Origin: an uncultured Desulfobacteraceae bacterium
GTDB lineage: Bacteria; Desulfobacterota; Desulfobacteria; Desulfobacterales; UBA5852
Assembly (NCBI GenBank): GCA_964392545.1
Contig: CAYMQN010000006.1
Location: 1 to 44,369 of the forward strand
Length of the DNA: 44,369 bases
Direction: 5' to 3'
The translations under genes were made by a program, and so were the position numbers. Shown piece after piece: positions 18,541-27,045 of the stretch; the stretch's first letter is position 1; every line of letters starts with the position of its first letter. The notes below the pieces were generated by a model. It had not been told where the DNA came from. It was given only the letters and a program-made list of their open reading frames with translations, and searched no databases.

Positions 18541-18790
18541 GGGGGTCGGGCCTGTCCGTCGTGCCCCTTCCTGTTCGGGCGGATATTAAGGCGTCCGATC
18601 CCGTAGGGGCAATAATGAGGGATACCGTATACCCTTTGGCGGACGGGGATCAAGGCTCTTTGTCGGCGGCGATGCCCTTGGGGGTCGGACGGGGAAGAGG
18701 ATGATGCCGGATGCCGCGCCTGTTATGCCGCAGGAAAGGGTGGGGATGGGGGGCACTTGGAGGGAAGGTCATTTTGACACAGGGTTCGGC

Positions 18791-19087
18791 TTAAAAAATG
18801 ACCTTCAGTGTCAGACAGGCGGCATAGGCATTCAAAGACGCCCCGCCATCCCCGTTAAGGTGTTCGAGCCCTTTCTGCGAATCGGTGTCTTCGATTTCCA
18901 GGTGAACGGCATAGGGATCGGCCCTGTAAACCTGGAAACTGCTCGCTTGGCGATCGCCGGCGGCGCCTTGGGCCCAGGCGCTATCGAGCTGCTCGGCATA
19001 GGAAGGCTGCAGGATAGGTGCCAAGCCGCCGCATCCGGTCGCCGCGAGGCAAAAAATTATGAACATCAAGAGCATTGCGAGTTTCAT
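18791..19087 (-). CDS. Small lipoprotein, function unknown
   Basis: From the internal ATG at 19087 the sequence reads MKLAMLLMFIIFCLAATGCGG. That is a signal peptide with a lipobox (L-A-A-T-G-C). SD AAGGA lies 8 nt upstream. The gene is immediately upstream of the YhdP-like gene. Confidence 0.65.
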   Translation of the reverse strand: MKLAMLLMFIIFCLAATGCGGLAPILQPSYAEQLDSAWAQGAAGDRQASSFQVYRADPYAVHLEIEDTDSQKGLEHLNGDGGASLNAYAACLTLKVIF

Positions 19088-19124
19088 GTCGAATTCCTTC
19101 AGCGCCTGTCTGGTGGCTACTCTT

Positions 19125-19140
19125 ATCAATTTGTATGCCA
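19125..19140 (-). promoter_or_regulatory. Weak candidate sigma-54 (-24/-12) promoter, TGGCAT-N5-TTGAT
   Basis: The minus strand reads TGGCATACAAATTGAT with correct -24/-12 spacing. The -12 element is GA instead of the near-invariant GC. It lies about 40 nt upstream of the lipoprotein ATG and is divergent from a sigma-54 activator gene. Confidence 0.2.
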
Positions 19141-19228
19141 TTCGGTACGCCCTTTTGCCAACCTCCGGAATTTACGATGAATAAAATGACAGACAACTGA
19201 ATAGGGCTTTAACAGGAGGAATGATGGT

Positions 19229-19275
19229 TGATATATCGCCATGATTGGATTATATATCATCAAAAAGGTGATATA
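19229..19275. repeat. Cluster of TGATATA/TATATCA half-sites (possible activator UAS or autoregulatory sites)
   Basis: TGATATATC at 19229..19237 contains the palindrome GATATATC. TATATCA at 19253..19259 and TGATATA at 19269..19275 form an inverted pair 9 nt apart. The cluster sits in an AT-rich divergent region. Confidence 0.3.
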
Positions 19276-19280
19276 AGATA

Positions 19281-20828
19281 ATGAAGACTTACCTAGACGT
19301 TTTTCGGTCCCTTTCGGAAGAGCTCGATCCCCAACGCCTTCAGCGCAAATTTCTTGGCGCCCTGCTGGAAATGCAGGGGGTTTCCAGGGGATCGATCTGG
19401 ATCAAAAAGGGCGAGGGCTATAAGTGTGTCGAGGCGCGCGGGGAACAAGGCGAGGCCATTCAGGGGATCCACATTGACGGCCAGGATCCCAGTATTGTCG
19501 GCTGGGTGATCGAAAACCGTCAAAAGACGGTGGCGGATCCCGGGGCCGACGGACGCCATCACAGCACGACCGAGGTCGGGCTGAACATCAAGAGCAGCAA
19601 GATCCTTTGCTTTCCCCTGTTCCTGCGCGACGGGGCCGTCTATGGCGCGGTCCAGCTCATCGATACCTCGCCGGACAAATCCGGTCTGAACCTGGACCGG
19701 GATTACCTCGACAAGCTTCAGGAGCTCATCGATATCGGCTCCATAGCCCTCAGTACGGCGGTTCTCTACCACCAGAAGCTTGAAGAAACCGAAACCCTCA
19801 AAGACACCCTGAAACAAATCCAGGGGGAAAGCCGTCTGATCGGTCAGGGGCCGGCCTTTCTGCAGGCCCGGGAGCTGATGGAGAGCTACGCCCTGACGGA
19901 CTATCCGGTTTTGATTGCGGGGGAAAGCGGCACGGGCAAGGAACTCTTCGCCCGTCAGCTCCACCGGCTGAGCCCCCGCAGTGCGGCCCCCTTTCTGGTT
20001 CAGAACTGCAGTGCGATTCCCGAGACGCTTCTGGAAAGCGAGTTGTTCGGCTATACCAAGGGAGCGTTCACGGGAGCGGTCAAAAACCGGGACGGTCTTT
20101 TCGAGGCGGCCCACGGGGGCACGCTTTTCCTCGATGAAATCGGTGACATGCCCCTTAACCTGCAAGCGCGTATCCTGCGGGTGATCCAGGACGGCGAGGT
20201 CAAGCCGCTGGGCGCCAACCGGTCGCGGCAGGTGGATGTCCGGATCGTTTCGGCCACCCACCGCAACCTGACCGAAATGGTCGCCCAGGGCGGCTTTCGG
20301 GAAGATCTTTTCTATCGTCTCTCGGTTTTGCCCCTGCCCCTTCCGCCTTTGCGGGAGCGCCCGGAGGACATCCCGCTGCTCCTGCGGCATTTCATGCATC
20401 ATGAGGCCAAGAAGATGAACGTGCGGCCCAAGCAATTGAGCCGGGAAGCCGTCAACCTGCTGACGACATATGCGTGGAGCGGCAATATCCGCGAACTGGA
20501 GAACTTTGTCCGCTATATATTGGTCACCGTGGAAAAGGAGGTTATCGAAAGGGTGGATCTGCCGCCCCCCATGCTCGACGTGGGCCAGCGGCGGCGCCGA
20601 ACGGACCGTGAGCGCTCCGCGGGTCGACCGTTTTCAGAGGACGCACCGGATACGCCGGCGACCCTGGCCTTCGGTCAGCGCTCCTGGCAGGAGGTGGAGC
20701 GCGATTATGTGCTCCACCTCATGCGGCAGACCAACTGGAACATCACCCGGGCCGCCGGGATGGCCCGGGTCAACCGCTCCACCTTTGTCTCGCGTATGCG
20801 CCGTTTGGGGATTGCCAAGAAAGCTTAA
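19281..20828 (+). CDS. Sigma-54-dependent transcriptional activator with N-terminal GAF domain and C-terminal Fis-type HTH
   Basis: Walker A GESGTGKE, the GAFTGA loop, Walker B LFLDEIG and an R-finger region are present. The C-terminal HTH reads NWNITRAAGMARVNRSTFVSRMRRLGI. There is no receiver domain. Confidence 0.9.
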   Translation: MKTYLDVFRSLSEELDPQRLQRKFLGALLEMQGVSRGSIWIKKGEGYKCVEARGEQGEAIQGIHIDGQDPSIVGWVIENRQKTVADPGADGRHHSTTEVGLNIKSSKILCFPLFLRDGAVYGAVQLIDTSPDKSGLNLDRDYLDKLQELIDIGSIALSTAVLYHQKLEETETLKDTLKQIQGESRLIGQGPAFLQARELMESYALTDYPVLIAGESGTGKELFARQLHRLSPRSAAPFLVQNCSAIPETLLESELFGYTKGAFTGAVKNRDGLFEAAHGGTLFLDEIGDMPLNLQARILRVIQDGEVKPLGANRSRQVDVRIVSATHRNLTEMVAQGGFREDLFYRLSVLPLPLPPLRERPEDIPLLLRHFMHHEAKKMNVRPKQLSREAVNLLTTYAWSGNIRELENFVRYILVTVEKEVIERVDLPPPMLDVGQRRRRTDRERSAGRPFSEDAPDTPATLAFGQRSWQEVERDYVLHLMRQTNWNITRAAGMARVNRSTFVSRMRRLGIAKKA

Positions 20829-20992
20829 GCCATGCCGATTCATCTCTAGCCGGATATTAAAAGAGGGTCTTGGGAGGACGTGGCCTGCCGGGGAGCCAAT
20901 TCGGCCACCGGAAGCGCCGCTGCCGGCGGATCAGCTCCTGTGTGGTGATGCGCAGGCGTTCGGCCGGGGTTTGTTCACGCGCGAGAATTCAT

Positions 20993-21021
20993 TTGACATC
21001 TCCGATGCCGAGCGTTAATTT
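20993..21021 (+). promoter_or_regulatory. Candidate sigma-70 promoter (TTGACA, 17-nt spacer, TAATTT)
   Basis: TTGACA at 20993..20998 and TAATTT at 21016..21021, about 50 nt upstream of the first zinc-ribbon gene. Confidence 0.35.
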
Positions 21022-21069
21022 CGCTATTTGGAAAAAATCGATTTCTTTTCTCGGAGAAAGGAAACGGAT

Positions 21070-21261
21070 ATGCCGGTCTACGAATTCGAATGCCCCGAAG
21101 GCAAGGTGACCGAACGCCTGGTCAAGGTGGGCACCAAATCCATCGAGTGCCCCCATTGTCATCAGCGCGCCCACAAGATCATGTCCCGCTGCACCTTTGA
21201 ACTGAAAGGCGGCGGTTGGTACGCGGACGGGTATGGGTCGACCCAATCCAAGAAATCCTGA
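21070..21261 (+). CDS. FmdB-family (CxxC-CxxC) zinc-ribbon protein
   Basis: The sequence is MPVYEFECPEGKVTERLVKVG...IECPHCH...GGGWYADGY. The YEF/YEY-xC start and paired Cys motifs are typical of FmdB-type putative regulators. SD GGAGAAAGGAAACGG upstream. Confidence 0.75.
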   Translation: MPVYEFECPEGKVTERLVKVGTKSIECPHCHQRAHKIMSRCTFELKGGGWYADGYGSTQSKKS

Positions 21262-21328
21262 CATTGCCCCGGGTGGGCGCCGCCTGCCTGATCAAACCGC
21301 CATCGGCCGGTTTTTAGAGAGTGTAGCT

Positions 21329-21535
21329 ATGCCGCTATATGAATATCGCTGCAAGCATTGCGGCAGTGAATTCGAGTGCCTCATGCTTTCCCCGAACGAT
21401 CCGGAGCCGGAGTGCCCCTGCTGCCATAGAAAAGGGGTCGAAAAGTTGATGTCCGCCGGCAGTGTCCGGCCCCAAGGCATCGCCGCGGGCAAAGGGGGGT
21501 TTACCCCGCCGGCCTGCGCCCCCACAGGTGGCTGA
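21329..21535 (+). CDS. FmdB-family (CxxC-CxxC) zinc-ribbon protein, second copy
   Basis: The sequence is MPLYEYRCKHCGSEFECLM...EPECPCCH...KLMS. The track ORF (21233..) carries an unsupported N-terminal extension. Confidence 0.75.
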   Translation: MPLYEYRCKHCGSEFECLMLSPNDPEPECPCCHRKGVEKLMSAGSVRPQGIAAGKGGFTPPACAPTGG

Positions 21536-21666
21536 AAGATCTAACCGCTCCCTGGTCAGGGAGCCTGGCGCTACGTTTTTCAGAGCGCGTAAACCGCATG
21601 GGACGGACCGGCGGACCCGGACGGGACGCGTGCGCCTGGCCGCCGGCGATCAATGGAGGGAAGCCG

Positions 21667-21900
21667 ATGAGCGACATTCGGATGACGACCGAAATGCGCA
21701 CGGATTTTGACTGTGAAACCACCGGCATGCCCGCCGAACGCTGGGGTGAGGCCGTCTTCAGCGTGGGTGAACGCGAGCTTGCCATTGAAGTCAGCGTTGA
21801 AAAAGATATCATCATCGCCGTTATGGCAGGCGAAGACGCCGTTTGGAAAGGAACCTGGGAGGGCTTTCGGCAGCTGCTGCTCAGCGGACTGACCCGATAA
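21667..21900 (+). CDS. Hypothetical small protein (77 aa)
   Basis: The ATG at 21667 lies 6 nt after GGAGGG. The protein is acidic and soluble, and I recognise no family. Confidence 0.45.
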   Translation: MSDIRMTTEMRTDFDCETTGMPAERWGEAVFSVGERELAIEVSVEKDIIIAVMAGEDAVWKGTWEGFRQLLLSGLTR

Positions 21901-22285
21901 TCCCCTTTTTCTCAACCTCCGAACGCCATTTTGCCCGTGAGCCCTTCGGCTCCCATCCCCTATCCCTTCCTTTTCCCCTCGCCACCTCGAACCCCCTAAG
22001 AATAACGGCCTCACCAGGCTTCCCAAACATTTTTCCCGCCAAAAGCTTACGCGCCAGCCTTGCTGGAGAGGTCCCACCCTTTGCTGAAAAGCGGTGGCGG
22101 ATCCGACTGCGCCTTGCTTCTGAATGCGCTCTACGATGATGTGAGGCCACTTTCATACATCATTGCAGGCGCATGATGGAGGCGTGGATTTTTGTTGATT
22201 AGTTCTCGAAAACAATTTATGAATCATTATTCGAGCGGTGCTCAATAAGCGATGGTTTTCTGGGATCCATAAGCGGGAGGATGGC

Positions 22286-23122
22286 ATGTACGCCGATTTG
22301 CAAGGGAAAACGGCGCTGGTGACCGGTGCCGGCAAAAAAACGGGGATTGGCTTTGGGATTGCGCAAAATCTGGCGGCCAACGGGTGCCGGGTGATCGTGG
22401 CCGATCTGGGGTCCGAGGGCAGCAGCGGCGGCGTCGTGGCCGCGGCTTCCGTCCAGGAGATGGAGGCCATCGCCGCCGCGCTGGGGGAACAGCACAGCGT
22501 CCAAACAATGGCGGTCAGCGTGGATGTCACGGACAACGGCTCCCTGCAGCGGATGGTGGCCGCGGTTTCAGCCGAATTCCCGCACATCGATATTCTGTGC
22601 AACAATGCCGGGGCCGTCTTCGGCGTACCGAATGCCATCCACACTTACGACGAAACGGCTTGGCTGAAGACCATCGACGTAAACCTGCACAGTGTGTTCC
22701 GGGTCACCCGGGCCGTGCTGCCCCTCATGTTCGGCAAGCCCGGATGCATCGTCAACACCGCGTCACGGGGCGGCAAGGTGCCGCCCCTTTTCAATGGGGC
22801 CTATGCCGTGGCCAAGGCCGGCGTCATCATGCTGACCAAGGTGATGGCCAAAGAGTTGGCCGGCGCGGGCTTCCGGGTCAATGCGATTTGTCCCGGCCAG
22901 ATCCATACCGATCTCGAGGACTGGCGGGCCCCTCTCGAAGCCAGTTTCCAGTCCCAGAGCGTGGAAGAGCGCAACGCCGCCGTAAGGAAAACCATCCCCC
23001 TGGACCGGGTGGGGTCACCCGACGAGGTCGGGCGGGTGGTGGCTTTTCTGGCCTCGGAGGCCTCGGCCTACATGACCGGCCAGGCCATCAATGTGACCGG
23101 CGGACAGCTGATGGAGTTGTAA
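22286..23122 (+). CDS. Short-chain dehydrogenase/reductase (SDR) family oxidoreductase
   Basis: TGAGKKTGIG nucleotide-binding motif, NNAG, catalytic Y-x3-K (YAVAK) and a PG motif are present. The ATG at 22286 lies 5 nt after GGGAGG. Confidence 0.85.
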   Translation: MYADLQGKTALVTGAGKKTGIGFGIAQNLAANGCRVIVADLGSEGSSGGVVAAASVQEMEAIAAALGEQHSVQTMAVSVDVTDNGSLQRMVAAVSAEFPHIDILCNNAGAVFGVPNAIHTYDETAWLKTIDVNLHSVFRVTRAVLPLMFGKPGCIVNTASRGGKVPPLFNGAYAVAKAGVIMLTKVMAKELAGAGFRVNAICPGQIHTDLEDWRAPLEASFQSQSVEERNAAVRKTIPLDRVGSPDEVGRVVAFLASEASAYMTGQAINVTGGQLMEL

Positions 23123-23168
23123 CTCGACATCACAAACCCTTTAGGACCTTTTCGATTGGAGCGAAATC

Positions 23169-24896
23169 ATGACGGAAATGACCGGTGGAGAACTTTTGGT
23201 GCGCTGCCTGCACGCTGAGGGTGTGCGCCACATCCATGCGATTACGGACGGTACCTATATGATGGTGATCGAAGCGCTGGAGCGCCTGGGGGATGAACTG
23301 GGCATCCGCCTGGTGGTGCCGCGCCACGAGGCGGCCGCGGCGCATGCCTGCGATGCCTACACCCGGGTTTCCGGCAAGCCGGGGGTCGTGATGGCCTGCG
23401 CGGGCCCCGGGGCCGCCAACCTGCTGGCCGGCATGATGTGCGCCGAAGCCGAAGGCAGCCCCGTGGTGGCGATCACCACGACGCGCCGCAGCGACATGTC
23501 GGATGCCTACGTGCAGCAGGGGGGCATGCAGGTCAGCCGCCATCTGGAGATTTTCAAGCCGGCCGTCAAATGGAACGGCAAGGTGGAGCACTGGAAGCGC
23601 ATTCCCGACATGGTGCGCCACGCCTTTCGGGTGGCGCTCGCCGGTAGGCCGGGACCGACCCACATCCTGATTCCGGAAGACATCATCGCCCAGAAGGGTG
23701 AGGCCGACAGCGTGTCCATCGTCTCCCCGGACCGCTACCGGCTGACGCAAGCGCTGCCGGGGGATCCCGCGACCGTTCAGGAGGCGGCCCGTATGCTGGT
23801 GGAAGCGGATTTGGTCAATATCCACTGCGGCAACGGCACCGAACGCGCGGGGGCTTCCGCGGAGCTCCGGCAACTGGCGGAGCATCTGGGGTGTGCCGTC
23901 ACGCATACCATTCGGGCGCGCGGCATTCTGCCGGATGATCATCCCCTGTGTTTTCATCCGACCTGCATGTCGCGCATCGCGGCCAACAACCAGGCCGACG
24001 TGGTGCTGGCCGTGGGCACGCGCCTGGGCGAGCTCAACATGTGGGGCCAGCCGCCCATGTTCGGGGAACCCGACAAGCAGCGCCTGATCCAGATCGACAC
24101 CGAGCCCGCCCACATCGGCCTCAACCGGCCCACGGATATCCCTCTGGTGGGGGACGCCCGGGCCATTTTGGCGCAGCTTTGCGAGGCGGTCGGGCAACGG
24201 ACCGAAAAGCGCCCGCCGCATGCCAAAATCGCGGAGTTCAGGGCCCTCCAGGACCAGTTCGAGCAGGAACTGGCGGCCTCCCTGGAAGACAAAGCGCGCC
24301 AGCCCATGCTGACGGGCCAGATTTTGAAGGCCTGCAACGCCTTTTTCGACGCGGACGCCGTTTTCGTGATGGACGGCGGCAACACGACCCTCTGGGATAT
24401 TCACTATCACGTGGCCCGCACGCCGCGCTCCGTGATCTACTCCATGAACTACGGCCATTTGGGAACGGGCCTGCCCTACGCCATCGGCGCCAAGCTGGCC
24501 GCGCCGCAAAAACAGGTGTATTGTGTCACCGGCGACAGTGCCTTCGGCTTCAACATCCAGGAACTCGAAACAGCGGTCCGCAACGCCTTGCCGGTGATCG
24601 TCCTGGTGGCCGTGGACGGCGCCTACGGCATGGAAAAGAGCGCCCAGCTGCGGCAATTCGGCCGCCAGGCGCCCTGGTTCGGCCATGATCATGCCCCGGT
24701 GCGCTACGACCAGGTTGGTATCGCCATGGGCTGCCACGGGGAATACGTCGAAGCCGTCGACGAGCTTCGGCCGGCCCTGGAGCGGTCCGCGGCTTCGGGC
24801 AAGCCGGCGGTGATCCATGTCGTGGTCGATCCCGAAGCCAATGTGGATCCGCCGGGCAACTGGCTGTGGGCGGCCGCGCGGACCGGTAAGATGTAA
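23169..24896 (+). CDS. Thiamine-diphosphate-dependent enzyme (acetolactate-synthase-like fold), substrate unknown
   Basis: 575 aa with three-domain ThDP-enzyme organisation. Catalytic Glu context PRHEAAAAHACDAY. ThDP-binding motif GTGLPYAIGAKLA...VTGDSAFGFN. Confidence 0.8.
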   Translation: MTEMTGGELLVRCLHAEGVRHIHAITDGTYMMVIEALERLGDELGIRLVVPRHEAAAAHACDAYTRVSGKPGVVMACAGPGAANLLAGMMCAEAEGSPVVAITTTRRSDMSDAYVQQGGMQVSRHLEIFKPAVKWNGKVEHWKRIPDMVRHAFRVALAGRPGPTHILIPEDIIAQKGEADSVSIVSPDRYRLTQALPGDPATVQEAARMLVEADLVNIHCGNGTERAGASAELRQLAEHLGCAVTHTIRARGILPDDHPLCFHPTCMSRIAANNQADVVLAVGTRLGELNMWGQPPMFGEPDKQRLIQIDTEPAHIGLNRPTDIPLVGDARAILAQLCEAVGQRTEKRPPHAKIAEFRALQDQFEQELAASLEDKARQPMLTGQILKACNAFFDADAVFVMDGGNTTLWDIHYHVARTPRSVIYSMNYGHLGTGLPYAIGAKLAAPQKQVYCVTGDSAFGFNIQELETAVRNALPVIVLVAVDGAYGMEKSAQLRQFGRQAPWFGHDHAPVRYDQVGIAMGCHGEYVEAVDELRPALERSAASGKPAVIHVVVDPEANVDPPGNWLWAAARTGKM

Positions 24897-24999
24897 TCTC
24901 CGCCCAACGGTTTTACGGCCCGGGACGGTTGGCAGCGATCCCGCCGCGCGGATACGGGCCGCGCGGCGGATGACCCTTTCACAAGAAGGAGGCGACCCT

Positions 25000-25941
25000 A
25001 TGGATATGGCGGCGATTGATCAGGTCCGGTTGAATTTCAACCCCCAGGGGCTGCTTGTCATCAACGCCGCCATCGGCCTGATGATGTTCGGGGTGGCGCT
25101 GGATTTGAAGCTGGAGGACTTCAAGCGGGTCGTGGTGTCGCCCAAAGCACCCGGCATCGGCTTGATCGCCCAGTTTCTGCTGCTGCCCGCCTTTACCTTC
25201 CTGCTGACGCTCATCATCCGGCCGCACCCCTCCATGGCCCTGGGCATGATTCTGGTGGCCTCCTGCCCGGGGGGCAACCTCTCCAACATCATCACCTATC
25301 TGGCGCGGGGCAATTGCGCGGTCTCCATCAGCATGACGGCGGTCTCTTCGGCGGCGGCCATCGTCATGACGCCTTTCAACCTGGCCCTGTGGGGGCGTAT
25401 GAATGCCCAGACCGCCGAGATTCTGCGGCAGGTCAGCCTGAGCCCCCAGGATGTGTTCGTGACGATTTTCGTCATCCTCGGCATTCCGCTGGCGGCCGGA
25501 TTGATGGTTTCGCGGCTGGTGCCGACCCTGGCGGACAAGGTGCGCCGACCCTTCAAGATTTTTTCGCTGTGCTTCTTTATCCTGATCGTCTGCGGCGCCC
25601 TGGCCGCCAACTGGCAATACTTCCTGGCCTACGTGGGCCTGGTGGTCTTCGCCGTTTTCCTGCACAACCTCATGGCGCTCAATATCGGCTACTGGTCCGG
25701 CCGGCTTTTCAAGCTGCATGAACGCGATTGCCGGGCGGTGTCCATCGAAGTCGGCATTCAGAATTCCGCTCTGGGACTCGTACTGGTGTTCAATTTTTTC
25801 GGGGGCCTGGGGGGCATGGCGATCCTGGTGGCCTGGTGGGGGATCTGGCATATCATCGCCGGCCTGACCGCGGCCTTTATCTTCACCCGTCGCCGGCTGC
25901 CGGGAGATGCCGAGGCCGCCCAAAGCTGCGGCCGCTCATAG
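25000..25941 (+). CDS. Bile acid:Na+ symporter (BASS) family transporter
   Basis: From the ATG at 25000 (after AGGAGG) the protein reads MDMAAIDQVRLNFNPQGLLVINAAIGLMMFGVALDLKLEDFKRV...SCPGGNLSN. These are typical BASS/SBF motifs. The track ORF start at 24817 overlaps the upstream gene. Confidence 0.8.
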   Translation: MDMAAIDQVRLNFNPQGLLVINAAIGLMMFGVALDLKLEDFKRVVVSPKAPGIGLIAQFLLLPAFTFLLTLIIRPHPSMALGMILVASCPGGNLSNIITYLARGNCAVSISMTAVSSAAAIVMTPFNLALWGRMNAQTAEILRQVSLSPQDVFVTIFVILGIPLAAGLMVSRLVPTLADKVRRPFKIFSLCFFILIVCGALAANWQYFLAYVGLVVFAVFLHNLMALNIGYWSGRLFKLHERDCRAVSIEVGIQNSALGLVLVFNFFGGLGGMAILVAWWGIWHIIAGLTAAFIFTRRRLPGDAEAAQSCGRS

Positions 25942-25985
25942 CTTCGACGTCAAACAAAGGAATTCACGTGCCTTTACCCGAAACC

Positions 25986-27011
25986 ATGCAGGCCGTCGTC
26001 TTCCGGGGCGGCCGTCTTGAAGTGGCAACGGTGCCGGTTCCGGCGGTCGAGCCGGACGGCGTCCTGCTCGAGGTCCTCAAGGTCGGCTTCTGCGGTTCCG
26101 ACCATTCGCTGATCAAATCCGGCGGCCTGGCCGACGGCACGATTCTGGGCCATGAGGTGTGCGGGCGGGTGGTGGCCTGCGGCGCCGAGGTTCACCACGT
26201 AACCCCGGGGGCCGGTCGCTACATCGTGCGCCCCACCGCCTGCGGGCGGTGCCGCGACTGCCGGGGAGGGCGCCCCTATTTCTGCCAGGTGGGACGGCGC
26301 TCCATCGGCATCGGCGACCTGCCGGGGGCCTTTGCCGAGTACGTCAAGGTTTACCCGGATATGCTCATCCCCGTGCCGGAGGCGGTGGATTCCTGCAACG
26401 CCGCCCTGGCCGAGGCCTTTGCGGCGGCGCTGCACGGCATCAATTGCCTGGGGGCCGTCGAGGGGCCGGCCCTGGTCATGGGGGGCGGGCCGATCGGCCT
26501 GGCCACCGTCAGCTTGTTGCGGGTCTTGGGGCTATCGCCCATCGTGCTCACCGAGCCCGTGGCCGCCAAGCGCCGTCTGGCCCGGGAACTGGGGGCCGAT
26601 CATGCCCTCGACCCCTTCGACGAGGCCATTGCCGGTCCTGTTTTCACCCTGACGCAGGGGACCGGTTTCCCGGCCATACTGGAGTGCTCGGGCGTGCCCG
26701 ACAACGTCCAGAAAGCCCTGGACTGGGTGGCCCGTGGGGGGCGCATCTGTGTGGTCAGCATGATCTTCGCTTCGGCGCCCATCGTGCCCATGACCCTCAA
26801 TTTCAAGGAGGCCGTCCTGACCGGCTGCTACAGCAACACGCACGCGGAAAACCGGCAATGCCTCGAATGGATGGCCGAGGGCCGCCTGGACGGCCGGCCC
26901 CTGATAACCGACCGGGTAAATCTGCGGCAGCTGCCGCAGGTCTACCGGGACCGCATCGACGGCGGCCAAGCCATCAAGGTCATGGTGGAAATCGACACAG
27001 GACGTGCATGA
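25986..27011 (+). CDS. Zinc-dependent medium-chain alcohol dehydrogenase family protein
   Basis: GFCGSDH and GHE catalytic-zinc motifs are present. A structural-zinc Cys cluster reads CGRCRDCRGGRPYFC. A GGGPIG Rossmann motif is present. The start could alternatively be the GTG at 25968. Confidence 0.85.
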   Translation: MQAVVFRGGRLEVATVPVPAVEPDGVLLEVLKVGFCGSDHSLIKSGGLADGTILGHEVCGRVVACGAEVHHVTPGAGRYIVRPTACGRCRDCRGGRPYFCQVGRRSIGIGDLPGAFAEYVKVYPDMLIPVPEAVDSCNAALAEAFAAALHGINCLGAVEGPALVMGGGPIGLATVSLLRVLGLSPIVLTEPVAAKRRLARELGADHALDPFDEAIAGPVFTLTQGTGFPAILECSGVPDNVQKALDWVARGGRICVVSMIFASAPIVPMTLNFKEAVLTGCYSNTHAENRQCLEWMAEGRLDGRPLITDRVNLRQLPQVYRDRIDGGQAIKVMVEIDTGRA

Positions 27012-27045
27012 GAAGGATGCAAAGAAGGATGTGAGGTCGGGTGGA

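Noticed and set aside
18791-19141. The upstream ATG at 19141 as the start of the lipoprotein gene.
   Set aside because: It would place 18 residues ahead of a textbook signal peptide and lipobox. The internal ATG at 19087 has an SD, and the upstream ATG overlaps the candidate -24 element.
21843-22156. ORFs 21843..22139 (+, 98 aa) and 21881..22156 (-, 91 aa) inside the long non-coding tract.
   Set aside because: They have no SD and overlap each other and the upstream gene. Their translations are low-complexity and reflect the pyrimidine/purine bias.
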